A DNA stretch of 63,773 nucleotides, filler included, from Octopus bimaculoides (GCF_001194135.2; 4 parts of 2 records of this genome joined end to end with filler, not necessarily neighbours in it), one strand, 5' to 3'. Counted from the first letter of the whole stretch, positions 24,479 to 36,970 are shown. Made by a program: numbers and translations. The notes: a model not told the origin generated them from the letters alone.

Positions 24479-25558
24479 TATATATTTACACACATACACA
24501 CACATATTTGTATAGTTGTGTGCATGTGCGTGTGTTTGCATGCGTATAGATTTCATTGTGTATATTTTCTAAAGAGCCTAGCAGCATTAGTTCCGACAAA
24601 AGATCCCGCTGGCTGGGAACACCTGGACCGGATGTCTAGTTTAGTTACACCCACCCCATTACGGTCGAGTCTTCAGAGGCCAAAGCGGCCTCCAACAGTT
24701 CTGTAATGTATGCCACACAGCCTCTCTCTCTCTCTCTTTCTCATTATATNNNNNNNNNNNNNNNNNNNNNNNNNNNNTATATATATTATATATATATATA
24801 TCTGTCCAACTGCTTGCTTGTCTGTCTATCTATCGATTGGTTTCTTTAGGGTGGTGTTGGTGGTTATAGACCCGGTGTGGTGATTCTTTGGGGCGCTGGT
24901 GAGGCTGGTGATTGAGAGAATTTGATAAAGTGGAGAAATTTCAGTTGTAATTACAGGGTACTGTTGATGGTGTTGAGGTTGCGGTTGTGGTTGTTGGTGA
25001 TGGCAGTGGTGATGGCGGCGGCGGTGTTGATGTTGCTGTTGCTAGTGTTGTTGATGTTGTCATGGTGAATTTCGTAAACGGTCGGCTACCATGGAATTTC
25101 TTTTTTTTTAAACTTTTTTTGTTTGCATTTCGTATAAGCATTGTATATGCTACAACGTAACATAGGAGATGTGTTAGTAATGTTTGCGGTGGCGGCGATG
25201 GTGATGGTGGTGGTGGCAGCGGTGGTGGTGAGTGTCTTGTGGGGTTGGTATAACTATGTCTGTGAGGGGGAAAACATATTGTCACAAGGTGGGGCATTTA
25301 TTGTAGGGTGGTGTTTGCTAGAAATAGGGCAAGACTCTTGTGATGGTGGTGGTGGTGGTGTCGGTAGAGGTTGTATGTGGGGTGGTGGGGAGTAAGTGAA
25401 AGATTGCTTGATGGTGATGTGAAAAGATAGATTTCAAGTGGTTATTGATTGGTGGTATTGGCTGCGAGGACGGGTGGCATGGGGGTGCTTGATTGTTTGT
25501 AATAGAGGCGTAATACTCCATTACATTTATTAATATTTATATTATCATTTTACCTTAG

Positions 25559-25611
25559 GTGGTCGTCCAGACTTGAAAGCTGGTAGATGCGCAGGTTGTG
25601 GACATATAAGG
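25559..25611 (+). CDS. Candidate selenoprotein gene, internal exon a: (G)GRPDLKAGRCAGCGHIR
   Basis: Acceptor tatcattttaccttag and donor AGG|gtatgt. Only one frame is open (phase 1 to 0). It contains a CxxC motif. Confidence 0.75.
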
Positions 25612-26080
25612 GTATGTGAATAGTATATTTCGGGGTGGTAGGTAAGAAAAAAATAATAATAAAGACAAGAAAGCAGTTAGCTGTTTAAACTTGCTACAAA
25701 AGTATTACGGCGAGGATAAGAGTTACACCAGTTTCACACAGAACAACACGTAGACAACCGATATATGAACATTCTCTCATACAGATGCGCACGCACGCAC
25801 ACACATATACACACGCACATATACGCACACAAACAAAAATACATTAAAAGACACCAAAGAAACATAGATATAAATGATGTCTAACAATTACTTGACATGA
25901 GTAATGTTATAATACAAGACTCATGTAGTGGTAGCATAAATACATACGGTGCGTGCGTGTATTTATATATATATGTATATATATATATATGGGAGAATAT
26001 ACAAAAAATAACAACAGACGAGGACAGGTGGTGTAAATAACAAAAGTATATATTAGTATGACGCTCGGGAATACGGAAAG

Positions 26081-26117
26081 TCTTTGACGTTTCGAGCTAC
26101 GCTCTTCAACAGAAAGA
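26081..26117 (-). ncRNA. Minimal hammerhead-like motif (A6U variant or degenerate) within a repeat
   Basis: Minus strand: TCTTT-CTGTTGA-A-GAGC-GTA-GCTC-GAAA-CG-TC-AAAGA. Stems I and II are perfect, stem III is the palindrome ACGT, and the triplet is GUC. Confidence 0.55.
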
Positions 26118-26243
26118 ATACGGAGACAAGGAGAAAAACACGGAGAAAAAAAATTGAATAGTGTTCAGTCAACGGTCAATCATAATAATGGCCGATCATG
26201 TATGTATGTATGTATATGTATGTATGTATATCTATCTATCTAT

Positions 26244-26283
<40 letters not shown>

Positions 26284-26689
26284 GTATGTATATGTATGTA
26301 TGTATGTNNNNNNNNNNNNNNNNNNNNNNNNNNNNNNNNNNNNNNNNNNNNNNNNNNNNNNNNNNNNNNNNNNNNNNNNNNNNNNNNNNNNNNNNNNNNN
26401 NNNNNNNNNNNNNNNNNNNNNNNNNNNNNNNNNNNNNNNNNNNNNNNNNNNNNNNNNNNNNNNNNNNNNNNNNNNNNNNNNNNNNNNNNNNTATATATAT
26501 TATATACTAGAAAGAACGTCTTCCGGGTGGTTTTCTGCTAGCCACTTGATAATATTTTCACATTTGATTCATACTTCTAATATTTTTTATGATATTTCAC
26601 GTCTGATTATTTCTTTATATAATAGTGCTCACTTGCTTAGTAAATATTGCTTTCATTATTTTATCACAGTCATAATCTCTCTTTTTTAA

Positions 26690-27335
26690 ACAAACATCAA
26701 GGTAAAGTAGTCCAACTACGGAGGAGGAAACAGTTTGTCAAGTTTACCTTCCCCTCAAAGCAACATAAATATTTCAGTTCAGCAGTCCATCTGTAAGCTT
26801 TGCAGTATGAACAAACATTGTCAAAGAGACTCCCTGCATTATGTGTCTGTACAATAGAGAGGACAGTCTGTTCTTGAAAATTATCGAAAGTGGCTTTCAT
26901 TGTTAATCTTTTAGCAGAATTCTTCTTAATATGAAAATTTCGTCGTCTGTACTCGGCTGTAAATATCTGGTTTCGTCTCTCAGCATCCTGTTTGTTGGCA
27001 CAAGTGTTTCTGTTTGTATCTCATTGAAGTTTGGAAGGCGTCCCATTTGATACTGATTATCAATAGGCAGCTGAACAGCCACAGACGGTGAAGGGTGACA
27101 CAGTGTCTTATTTTGAAGTAGAATATTCTTCTCTCGAGACACCCTAACCAGTCGGTCATGTGTAACGGAAACAGAATCATCTCTGCGTTTATGTGCATAT
27201 TCAGGCATTTGTTTCAGTCGCTTTTGCCCTGGTTTTATCTGATTCAGTTGCCCGTCTTTCTCCCTGCCGTCGTGCCCTTACTGCTAAATGTTCTTATTCA
27301 GCCGGATACTTTTTTTGGACGCCCCGCGTTGATTT
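26690..27335 (-). mobile_element. Helitron RepHel N-terminal remnant
   Basis: CSYCKAYRWTAELKYLCCFEGKVNL matches the Helitron C-x2-C-x-A-x2-W/F-x2-E...CC-x2-GKV-x-L motif. A RGRPKK-like start lies upstream. Confidence 0.75.
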
Positions 27336-27434
27336 GCAAAATTCTAATGTTATATTTGTGTAATAACGAAATCAAACCTGGAGTGTGCGCGTGTGTTTGT
27401 GTTACAGAGACTGTGTGTGTTTATATTAGAGAGA

Positions 27435-27473
<39 letters not shown>

Positions 27474-27599
27474 NNNNNNNNNNNNNNNNNNNNNNNNNNN
27501 NNNNNNNNNNNNNNNNNTTAATTAATTAANNNNNNNNNNNNNNNNNNNNNNNNNNNNNNNNNNNNNNNNNNNNTATATATATATATTTATATATATATA

Positions 27600-28095
27600 T
27601 AAATACGCATAAATGTCGAACGATGAAAATGAGTGCTCAACACTGCATTAGTGGATATAATTTCCTTGTTTGTGAATTAAGGCTACCATTGGTTTCATGT
27701 TAAGAAAATAGGAAAATATCCCAGTGTCTTTTTTTAAGCCAATCACATAGAAAAAGGTGTTCACCTCCATTTTGGAAAACACAGCCTCACAAGGTGGGGG
27801 GCTGAAAAGTTCTTGACAATAAGGGTTATTGTGAAGGGCTCGGTTGGAAGACTAACCTTCCAAGTTCTTTTACAGAGCCATTCAATGGTTCCTCTCCTGC
27901 TGATCCACATCTTAAAAGTGTCATCCAAGAAGTCGTGTACATTTCTGCCATAATGAGGTGGAGCACCATCCTGCATCCCGATGTTCATGTCTCTGTCAAG
28001 TTGAGGTACAGCAAAATCACACAGCATGTGTATATTATTATTTTTGTTTATTATTATTAAAAATGGGCAAATCGACTTATGGCCATCCCTGTGTC
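27600..28095 (-). mobile_element. Tc1/mariner-superfamily (maT/DD37D-like) transposase remnant
   Basis: MQDGAPPHYGRNVHDFLDDTFKMWISRRGTIEW; a TIR-like ACAGGGATGGCCATAAGTC lies at ~28095. Confidence 0.8.
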
Positions 28096-28689
28096 TGAAA
28101 CTGTTAAGTTAAATACAATTTACTATAAAAATTTGCAGTTTCATTTTAATTAACCTACCAGTGTCTTTAAACAAAACTTTTCAATGCTGTCCGCCTGCTC
28201 TACCACCTCTGACTGTCATTCACTCTCACTTTGTTTGTAGTTTTACTCTTCTTCTCCTCTAGTGTGACCAACAGGTCACACACATTGCATTTTATTACAT
28301 GTAAGAAAATGTTTGGCTGAATCAGTTATTGGTTACATTATTTCTAAAATACCAAATATGAATCATAATGCTGGTATCAAATCATCTTTGCAAACTTGTC
28401 AAGTGTGAATACGTTGGTAATAGTTAAGTTTAAATGTATTAGCAGTTAAGCTATGTAATCTATGCTGGTCACATTAAAATTTCATTTGATTTTGGTTGAA
28501 TAAATCAGATGTTTCAAGACAACATTCCATTGACTAGACAATAATTTAATGAAAAAAAATTATATACTGGTGTGCAGTTCCTACATGTGATCTATCAATT
28601 GAAAATATTCTCTATATTCATTATTATTAAAGTATGATAGAGTATTTAGCAAAGTTCTGAGTAAATTTTGGTTGAATAAGTTTTTATAG

Positions 28690-28702
28690 TTATGACTGAG
28701 AG
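28690..28702 (+). CDS. Candidate selenoprotein gene, 13-nt micro-exon b: L-U-L-R-(G), with in-frame TGA at 28693-28695
   Basis: Acceptor gtttttatag and consensus donor GAG|gtaagt. Phase 0 to 1 exactly bridges exons a and c. Confidence 0.6.
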
Positions 28703-28839
28703 GTAAGTGCATTCACATACAGTGAATAAGTAGTTTTCTATTTGGTATACTTACATTGATTGAATGTGGTGGATTAAAGCATATGACATGCCTATTGCAT
28801 TTCTATTATTAGATTGAACATATTTGAGTTATATAATAG

Positions 28840-28910
28840 GTAATCTTATACCACTGGATGCTAGTGAATTTGTACATGGAGGTACAACTCTGGAGGGTTC
28901 TTCATTGGAG
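28840..28910 (+). CDS. Candidate selenoprotein gene, exon c: (G)NLIPLDASEFVHGGTTLEGSSLE
   Basis: Acceptor ttatataatag (weak) and donor GAG|gtgact; phase 1 to 0. It is a GC-richer island in AT-rich surroundings. Confidence 0.6.
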
Positions 28911-29339
28911 GTGACTGATTTCCTCCAGAATAAGCTGTTCAATAGATTCCTAGGAAATATTCAATAGATGTTTGGAGCTACAATTTGTATCTTATATGGA
29001 ATAGTTTTGTGTAAGACATGATTAGAATTTGTTGTTATTAAGGTAAAATGCTAAGTCAAAATGAATGAAAATTTTAAGATTATAGCTTTTTGTAATTTTT
29101 CAGCTCTGTTCATTGGATAGATGATTAGGTTTCTCTTTAATTTATCCGCTTGTTTGCTGATGTTTTTGGAGATAAATAAGCCATCATATCTAATACCATC
29201 GTTAATAAAGTGGAATTTATTGTGGATTAAGTTTACAATATATAAACCTATTAAATTTGAAAATTATTCAGAATTTATAGCTCTTACGCTTACATTAAAA
29301 TATTATGATATTTATCTATATGTTATTATCGAAGAAAGG

Positions 29340-29800
29340 AATTGATTTCCCACTGTGCATTATCATATATATGCCGTCAGCTGTGATGTAGAATAATGTT
29401 TTAACAGTAGCAGTTTAATTACAGAAGATAGTAGTCTATTATATCAACATAATTGTATAGTTTTGTTTCATGTATTTTCTTTTTCATGGATGTTTTTAAA
29501 CCAATTTATTACTGATACGTTATTGTTCCTGTGTGTAATCTAACAATTTCTTTAATGGTATTGATGATTATTTTATCTAGGTTGTTTTCACTAATTCTTC
29601 CAGGTTTTGTTTCAGTGAGATCTATGAGATTCATTGCAAGGTTATTCATATAGAAGATCTTACAGTCCTTCATAGTAATATAATATTTTTCATGCTAGAA
29701 TTTCAAATATTTTCTTCTATGTTAAAACTAAAAGCTATCTGTCTGGAATCGTTAATTATAGATTTTTAAGTATTATCAGTGATTCTGATTGTTAAAAGAT
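29340..29800 (-). mobile_element. Penelope-like element reverse transcriptase remnant
   Basis: Degraded pieces KPGRISENNLDKIIINTIKEIV..., VINWFKNIHEKK and YVDIIDYY resemble the PLE RT S.VI.WF..I..K...F...DI..FYPSI region. Confidence 0.55.
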
Positions 29801-29983
29801 AAATATAATAATTTTAAATCAGTTCAAACGTTTTGGTGTTTTGTTGGGTTTTACACATTTCTCGTTTGCTCTTCTTTACATTTTTCAGGATTTTCTGTTG
29901 GAAGATGATGTTTATCGCCTTTATTTCTGTCATGTGTATACATGTTTGCATGCATACATCCATTGATCTCTCTCTCTCTCTCT

Positions 29984-30014
<31 letters not shown>

Positions 30015-30019
<5 letters not shown>

Positions 30020-30228
30020 CTCTTTTACTCTTTTACTTGTTTCAGTCATTTGACTGCGGCCATGCTGGAGCACTACCTTTGGTCAAGCAAATCAACCCCA
30101 GGACTTATTCTTTGTAAGTCTAGTACTTATTTTATCGGTCTCTTTTGTCGAACCACTAAGTTATGGGGATGTAAACACACCAGCATCGATTGTCAAGCGA
30201 TGTTGGGGGGACAAACACAGACACACAA

Positions 30229-30263
<35 letters not shown>

Positions 30264-30432
30264 CATATATACGATGGACTTCTTTCAGTTTCCATCTACC
30301 AAATCCACTCACAAGGTTTTGTTCGGCCCAAGGCTATAGTAGAAGGCACTTGCCCAAGGTGCCACGCAGTGGGACTGAATCCGGAACCATGTGGTTGGTA
30401 AGCAAGCTACTTACAACACAGCCACTCTTGTG
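30015..30432 (-). mobile_element. SINE family A, full length (tRNA-like head, internal CA/TA microsatellite)
   Basis: The head on the minus strand is GGCACAAGAGTGGCTGTGTTGTAAGTAGCTTGCTTACCAACCACATGGTTCCGGATTCAGTCCC. Similar full copies lie at 31795-32188 and 42855-43295. Confidence 0.9.
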
Positions 30433-30489
30433 CCTATATANNNNNNNNNNNNNNNNNNNNNNNNNNNNNNNNNNNNNNNNNNNNNNNNN

Positions 30490-30543
<54 letters not shown>

Positions 30544-31129
30544 TCAAGAATGTAATTACCATGACACATATGAGCATTTCTCCAGCTGTTGGGGCATAAT
30601 GAGCTCAGTATGTGTAAAACTTGAGTTTGTTTGAATAGTAAAAAGGAGTCCTTGCTCACATTGGAGACGATAATCCAGGGTGACACTGTATAAAAATACT
30701 CTGAATGCAGAGAGATGCTGAATGAAGTGACATGTAATATGGGAAGCCTTATCAAGGTGTTCAGTTAAGAGGCCTCACAAGTGTTATCTGATCTGTCTGA
30801 TGTATAGGAGGTTGTAGAGGGGACAGTAAATAAGATTGGTATTTATATGTAAATGTGTGTGTGTGTGTGTGTGTGCGCGCTTATGTGTGTATGTCTGAAT
30901 GTGTATGTATATCTTTATTATAATGAAGAATATTTTTATATTACACTACGGAAGACGGTGGGAATTATAACTTTTTATGACTTAATAGAGTTGTTGTTTA
31001 GTTACGTATTTAGGAGGGGTTGTAATTTACTTATGGAATTTATTTACCGATACTGTTGTACATAGGATAAATGTCTATGAAAGTTGTGGTTTCTTTGGTT
31101 TGTTTGTTCCCAAACAACACTTATTTCAG

Positions 31130-31210
31130 TGCTGTTGACGCCACCGGATTGAATGGTACTGCCCAGGTGTCAAAACCATCATGAAATCCGTGGGGCAGCT
31201 GATGATGGAG
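31130..31210 (+). CDS. Candidate selenoprotein gene, exon d: CC-U-RHRIEWYCPGVKTIMKSVGQLMME, with in-frame TGA at 31136-31138
   Basis: Acceptor gtttgttcccaaacaacacttatttcag and donor GAG|gtatgt; 81 nt, phase 0 to 0. All three frames contain a stop, and the phase-compatible frame has only this TGA. Confidence 0.7.
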
Positions 31211-33308
31211 GTATGTTGGATTGTTGTTATGGCTGTTTTTGTATATGTGGAATAGTGTTTTGATATAATATATGTAATATATAAATATATATATATGTAT
31301 ATATGTGTGCACCTGTGTGTGTGTGTGTATGTGTGTGTGCGTGTGCAATATCATACATACATACATACATACATACATGTATATACACATGCATGCCCAT
31401 ACACACACATTACTACGGCTAATAATCTAGCAGTTTTCATATAGAATAGATTATAAGTGAGCTATATTTACATGTTTTAAGGAAGTGGTGTGTGAATCTG
31501 TAGCTAGTTAGCTAGAAATGTTGGTGTTCATATTTTTGTTCGATTTATAAACATGACTGATTATCCAAAGCATAAGGTATCTTGTTATTCATTACAGCCA
31601 AATGAGAAGATCAAAGCTGCAAATTTGTATGTTATTCTCTGACATATCTACTTCCCCATTTCAGTTAACAACAATGCAGCACTACATAATTTCATATTGA
31701 AGCTCCATCTTTGAATATAAACAGAATATAGGTAACTGTAAAATATTTCTCTTTTTTTATTATTTTAAATTTTCTTTGTTCTATTTTAAATATATTCTTT
31801 CTTTTACTTGTTTCAGTCATTTGACTGCGGCCATGCTGGAGCACCACCTTTAGTCAAGCAAATCAACCCCAGAACTTATTCTTTGTAAGCCTAGTACTTA
31901 TTCTATCAGTCTCTTTTGCCAAACCGCTAAGTTACAGGGATGTAAATACACCAACATTGGATGTCAAGCGATGTTGGGGGGACAAACACAGACACACACA
32001 AACACATATATATATATATGTACATACGACAAGCTTCTTTCAGTTTCTATCTACCAAATCCACTCACAAGGCTTTGGTCGGCCCGAGGCTATAGTAGAAG
32101 ACAATTGTCTAAGGTGCAATGCAGTGGGACGAACCCGGAACCATGTGGTTAGTAAGCAAGCTACTAACCACACAGCCACTCCTGCACCTATATATCTATT
32201 TTTCTTTACTGACAGGAGTAAAATAGTTTTGAAATGTTGTCTCAGTACAAATAAATCGCTGTAGTATGCTTCATGTGAAGGTATGTGGCCGAGTGGTTAA
32301 GATGTGGTGTTCGTGATCATAAGACCATAGTTTCAATTCCCAGACTTGGTGATAAATTGTGTTTTTGAGCAAAACACTTCAGTTGACATTGTAGCTGGGA
32401 AGTTAAACTTACAATGGGCCAGCATCCCATCCAGAGGTGGGGAGTGTCATAATCTCAGTAACTTTTATGCCATGAAAACTGGGCTAAGCTTAGACTTTAT
32501 GAGTCATAGAGATCATGGCAGACCCAAGCCTAAGAATAGTAATTTCTTATTTTAAGGAAGTTCTTTTCAGCATGGTTGAATGAAGGGGAAAGAACAGTGC
32601 AGTTAATATGGTGGAATTAAGGAAAACGAATGACAATGCAGCCTGCCTACTTGAACAACATAACCAGTGAACTCATACAGTCAGTGACCCAACAACACTG
32701 TTGGTTAGCCATGTTCCTTTCCATTATTAAAATTTTGTTGAAAGTTAGCATTTTTATGAATTATCCTAATAAACCACTAGTTTACCATAGATAACTGACA
32801 ATACAATAATTTTGAATTTTGGTGCCAGGCCAGCAATTTTCAGAAGGAGAGAATTGGTTAATTACATCAACCTCGGTACTCAAGTGATGTATATTTTATT
32901 TAACCCCAAAAGATGAAAGATGAAGTCAACCTCAGTGGAATTTGAACTCAGTTGAAAGATTGAGTTAAAAAGAAATGCCACTTAGCATTTTGCCTGACAT
33001 GCTAACAATTCTTTCTTTCTACTCTAGGCACAAGGCCTGAAATTTTTGGGGAGGGGGCCAGTTGATTAGATCAACTCCAGTACGCAAGTGGTACTTAATT
33101 TCTTGACCCCGAAAGGATGAAAGGCAAAGTCGACCTCAGTAGAATATGAACTGTGAACGTAAAGACAGACGAAATAGCGCTAAGCATTTCGCCCAATGTG
33201 TTAACAATTCTGGCAGCCTGCTGCCTTTATTGCTGACAATACAATAGGAAATGTTTAAATGGTAAAAAAATAAATGAATAAATAAATAAAATAAGAGGCT
33301 TTCTTTCT

Positions 33309-33775
33309 TTAACCGATTTGTTACTATATTTTTGTTGAGATGCTCTGTGTTTCATTCAATTAATTTTAGATATAGCAAAGAGTTAATTAAAATAACTTAT
33401 CATTAAGCTAGTGTTAGGAACATAAATTGTGACTAAGGTTTGGTGGAAGATTTTAATTCAAAACTTATGAAAACAAGACATTTGTACTACAGAGCCAGAA
33501 GTGGTTTCAGTTAGGTTGGTATCAAAAGGGTTAAATTAATCATTTGTTAACCCTTTTGTTACCATATTTCTGTTGAGATGCTCTGTGTTTCTTTCACTTA
33601 ATTTTAAATATAGCAAAGAATTAAGTAAAATAACTTAGTTATCATTAAGCTATTGTTAGGAACATAAATTGTGATTAAGATTTGGTGGAATATTTTAATT
33701 CAGAACTTTTGAAAACAAGACATTTGTACTACAGAGCAAGAGGTGGTTTCAGCTGGATTTATATCAAAAGGGTTT
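33309..33775. mobile_element. Two tandem piggyBac-like MITEs (~225 bp each); a third copy at 46423-46653
   Basis: Ends TTAA|CCCTTTTGTTACCA ... TGGTATCAAAAGGG|TTAA, with TTAA flanks (some ends degenerate). Confidence 0.8.
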
Positions 33776-36199
33776 AACTTTAAACCAAAAAATAATGGTG
33801 TTCTTTAAAACTTTTTGAGGCAACTCAAAACTCTTATGCTATTACGCTGAATGATTGCAAGGTTGAGATACTGGAACAGCTTGGCACTCACATGAATGTT
33901 ATCACCTCTTCTACATTATACATGTATAATGGCATGAAAAGGCCACTAAAATGGGTATATCATATAAGACAACTATCTCTGTCCCAAGGACAAAGATTGG
34001 ATCTTTCAGTAATAATGAATTTAAATGGTCAGCATTCATCAAATCACACTTGTTTGTTTACAAAGCAATATATGTTAATCAATTTGCACCAACAAAATCT
34101 TTGTTGATGGTTATCTGTTTGGCTTAGTTTGTATGCCATGGAAACAAGAGGAATCTGATATTTTTTACTGACACTTTGTCTGAAGGAAACACATTTTTTC
34201 AGTTTCGTCCTCCATTTGGCTCATGAACTTACCCAAAATTCACTATAAATTTATGGCCTATGCAGAACAGAACCAGTTTCCTCCAACACCTTTTCATTTT
34301 TTTTTTCCTCCAAAATTTCCTCATTCAACCCCTGTAAAAATTTCTCGTTTATAATTCATAAATGATGTGCCAGCATGGCCACAAATCTAATAACTAAAAT
34401 GAGAAAGAAAAGAAGACAAAAGGTAAAGGAAGAAGCATTTTATCTACTATTAAACCTATTATTGTATCTTATACTTAAAGCACTTTAAGCAATATGACTC
34501 AGAAGCACCTATTGTCTATCATCCTGCTAGTGATCAAGATAACAAGCAATAACAATGATGCTGATGATGAATATGGTATTGTTATCACTACCTATCGTTG
34601 TTTATTTGATACTGTATAAATTCTTTCTTTTATATTATAGTACGAGACTTCCAACTGAGGAGCATTTAGTTCTGTCTTTATCTACTAAACTACTATGTTT
34701 GTCACAACGTTTTCAAACAAAAGCAAACAAACAAAGGAGGAAAAATGTAAATATAATTTTCTGAAAATTGTAGTATCAAATAATTGTGCTTTTCTTTTTA
34801 TTTTTATCTCATAAATGGAAAAGCATTGGTTTTACAAAGCTAATGCCAAGTACACATTTATGCCTCTAGAAATGACAAATCTGGAAAATAGTATTAGCTA
34901 CAGACTTAATTTTATCAAGACTGTATTTGATGGTTGTTAATGCTGGTCATTCAAATACAGTAAAAAGGAAAAAAAAAAATTCTTTCCCCCACTGAAAAAA
35001 AATTGAAGCAACCTACTATTCTACCATTACCAGAAACAGATTTGGACAGATCGAGTTCATCAGTCTATCATAACCATTCCAATAATCAGTGTTAATGTAT
35101 CAGCTTGCGATATTTTTATTAATTTTATTTTCATGTTATAAAAGTGTTAGTTTTGGGAGATCTTTCACCTAAACATTGAAAATTCATAAGATTTAATCTG
35201 TATCAGACGAAATACAGACAAAAAGAAAGCCAGTGAAAATTCAATCTATGGAGAATATATATGTATATATACATTTTTTTTTAGGATATAAATCTACAGT
35301 AAACCAAGAAAATGGTCCTACAGGAAATATTTCAGCAGATAATCTTATATAGTTTATTTTTATGCATACATACACACATCCACGTGCACATAAATGCATA
35401 TATATGTATGTGTGTGTGTGTGTTGGTATATACACATATAAGTGTACGCCAGTGCTGTGAGTGTTTATATGTGTGTATCTGTGTGAATCTGTGTGCTTGT
35501 AAACATGAAGTAGCTGAAGATAATAAAATGTTAAGGTGGAAGAAGAGACGAAGCATAACCTTAAACTTAATGTCTTTCATTATGAAAGAGAACACATTTA
35601 ATCATAAAAGCATTTTTCTTTCTCAAACACAAAAGCAAGAAAAAAAAGAGAAAAGAGAATAAAAAAAGAAAGAAAAATCTAATCAATAATGTAGATGTAT
35701 CTGGAATACAATGTGAAGGAAATGCTTTAACATTGTGTCTAGAAGATTAATATGAGTTCTATAATATCTATTTTAGAACTTAACAGCAGTTTATTTTTCC
35801 TTGCTCTTTGTGTGTGTGTATTTATTTATGTATTTTTGTTCTCATCATATAGTGCCCAGGGAGAAGATGGGATTAGATAACTGTGTTCCGATGAATTATG
35901 CTGAGCTGAGATAACACAGTCATGAGAATAATAGTACGGAATTTCTTAATTACACATCTTTCATGGCTAGAGGGTAAAATAAAACATTAACATGTTGAAG
36001 TGCACAGAAGTCCCTCAGAATTACAAGCACCAGAACAGAATATCTTTAGAATTTATCAATTACAGATGGCAAAAAAGGTTACTACAATACCCTCTAGTTA
36101 GCTATTATGAATAAGGGACAGATTAATAAAAATGTTGCTGTATTTAAATACCATGATTTAATATATACATGTGTTTATACATTTTCAGTAGTCAAAGCA

Positions 36200-36970
36200 T
36201 GTGATGGGATTGTTAAGCTAAAGCTTGTGTTTCATAACACAACAGTAATATTTTTGCTAAGCTGGATGGGCAGAAGAACAAAAGGATTGTTTCTAAGAGG
36301 GCCTTTTGCAGATCACCTGGATGAATAATGTCAATGGCCTTATTTTCATGGCTGGTGATTTCCACAAACATGTTGGACAACACTCTGATGGATCTCATGG
36401 TGTACATGAAGGTTACAGCATTGGTTCTAGAAATGAGGGGAGAACAAGGTTGTTGGAGTTCTATGGACTAGGTCAAGAAGGTAACAAAATGTGTTGCAGT
36501 TTAATTAATTAGGATGAAAGTAAACCCTTGATGAGATACTGTTTGGTTTTGTACTGGAGAGTACTATTCACGCTCTCTTTGTTGTTATCACTTTCAACCA
36601 TTGTTTATTTGATATTGTATAATTCTTCCATCTGTATATAGTATGAGACTTCCAGCTGGGGAGAATTTGTTTACTTCTGTTTTTCCTTTGAGCCAAAAAT
36701 AAACACCTGTCCTTGGTATTCATCAGCCCGAAGAAAACCTTTGAAGGGTCTCTTGCTCCCTGATCTGGTGGTCACAATGGAAGTTAAGAATGGACAAATG
36801 ACTAATAACATCCATCCAAATCATATACAGATGTGTTATCAGTAAGGTGAAAGTTAGCAACTAGTACAGTAATGAATTTAGTGTACATTAGTGTACAGGT
36901 CAGAGTTCACCAGGGATCAGTTCTCAGTCACCTCCAATTCATCTTAGTCTTCAGGTCATAACTAAAACCT
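36200..36970 (+). mobile_element. RTE-clade LINE remnants (APE endonuclease and RT pieces)
   Basis: GDFHKHVGQHSDGSHGVHEGYSIGSRNEGRTRLLEF (APE) at ~36330-36470, and VHQGSVLS (RT) at ~36905-36930. Confidence 0.8.

Noticed and set aside
35878-35912. Hairpin with ATGA...TGAG just after a possible terminal exon, as a SECIS candidate
   Set aside because: Only 11 nt separate the two halves of the quartet, so there is no room for helix II or an apical AA.
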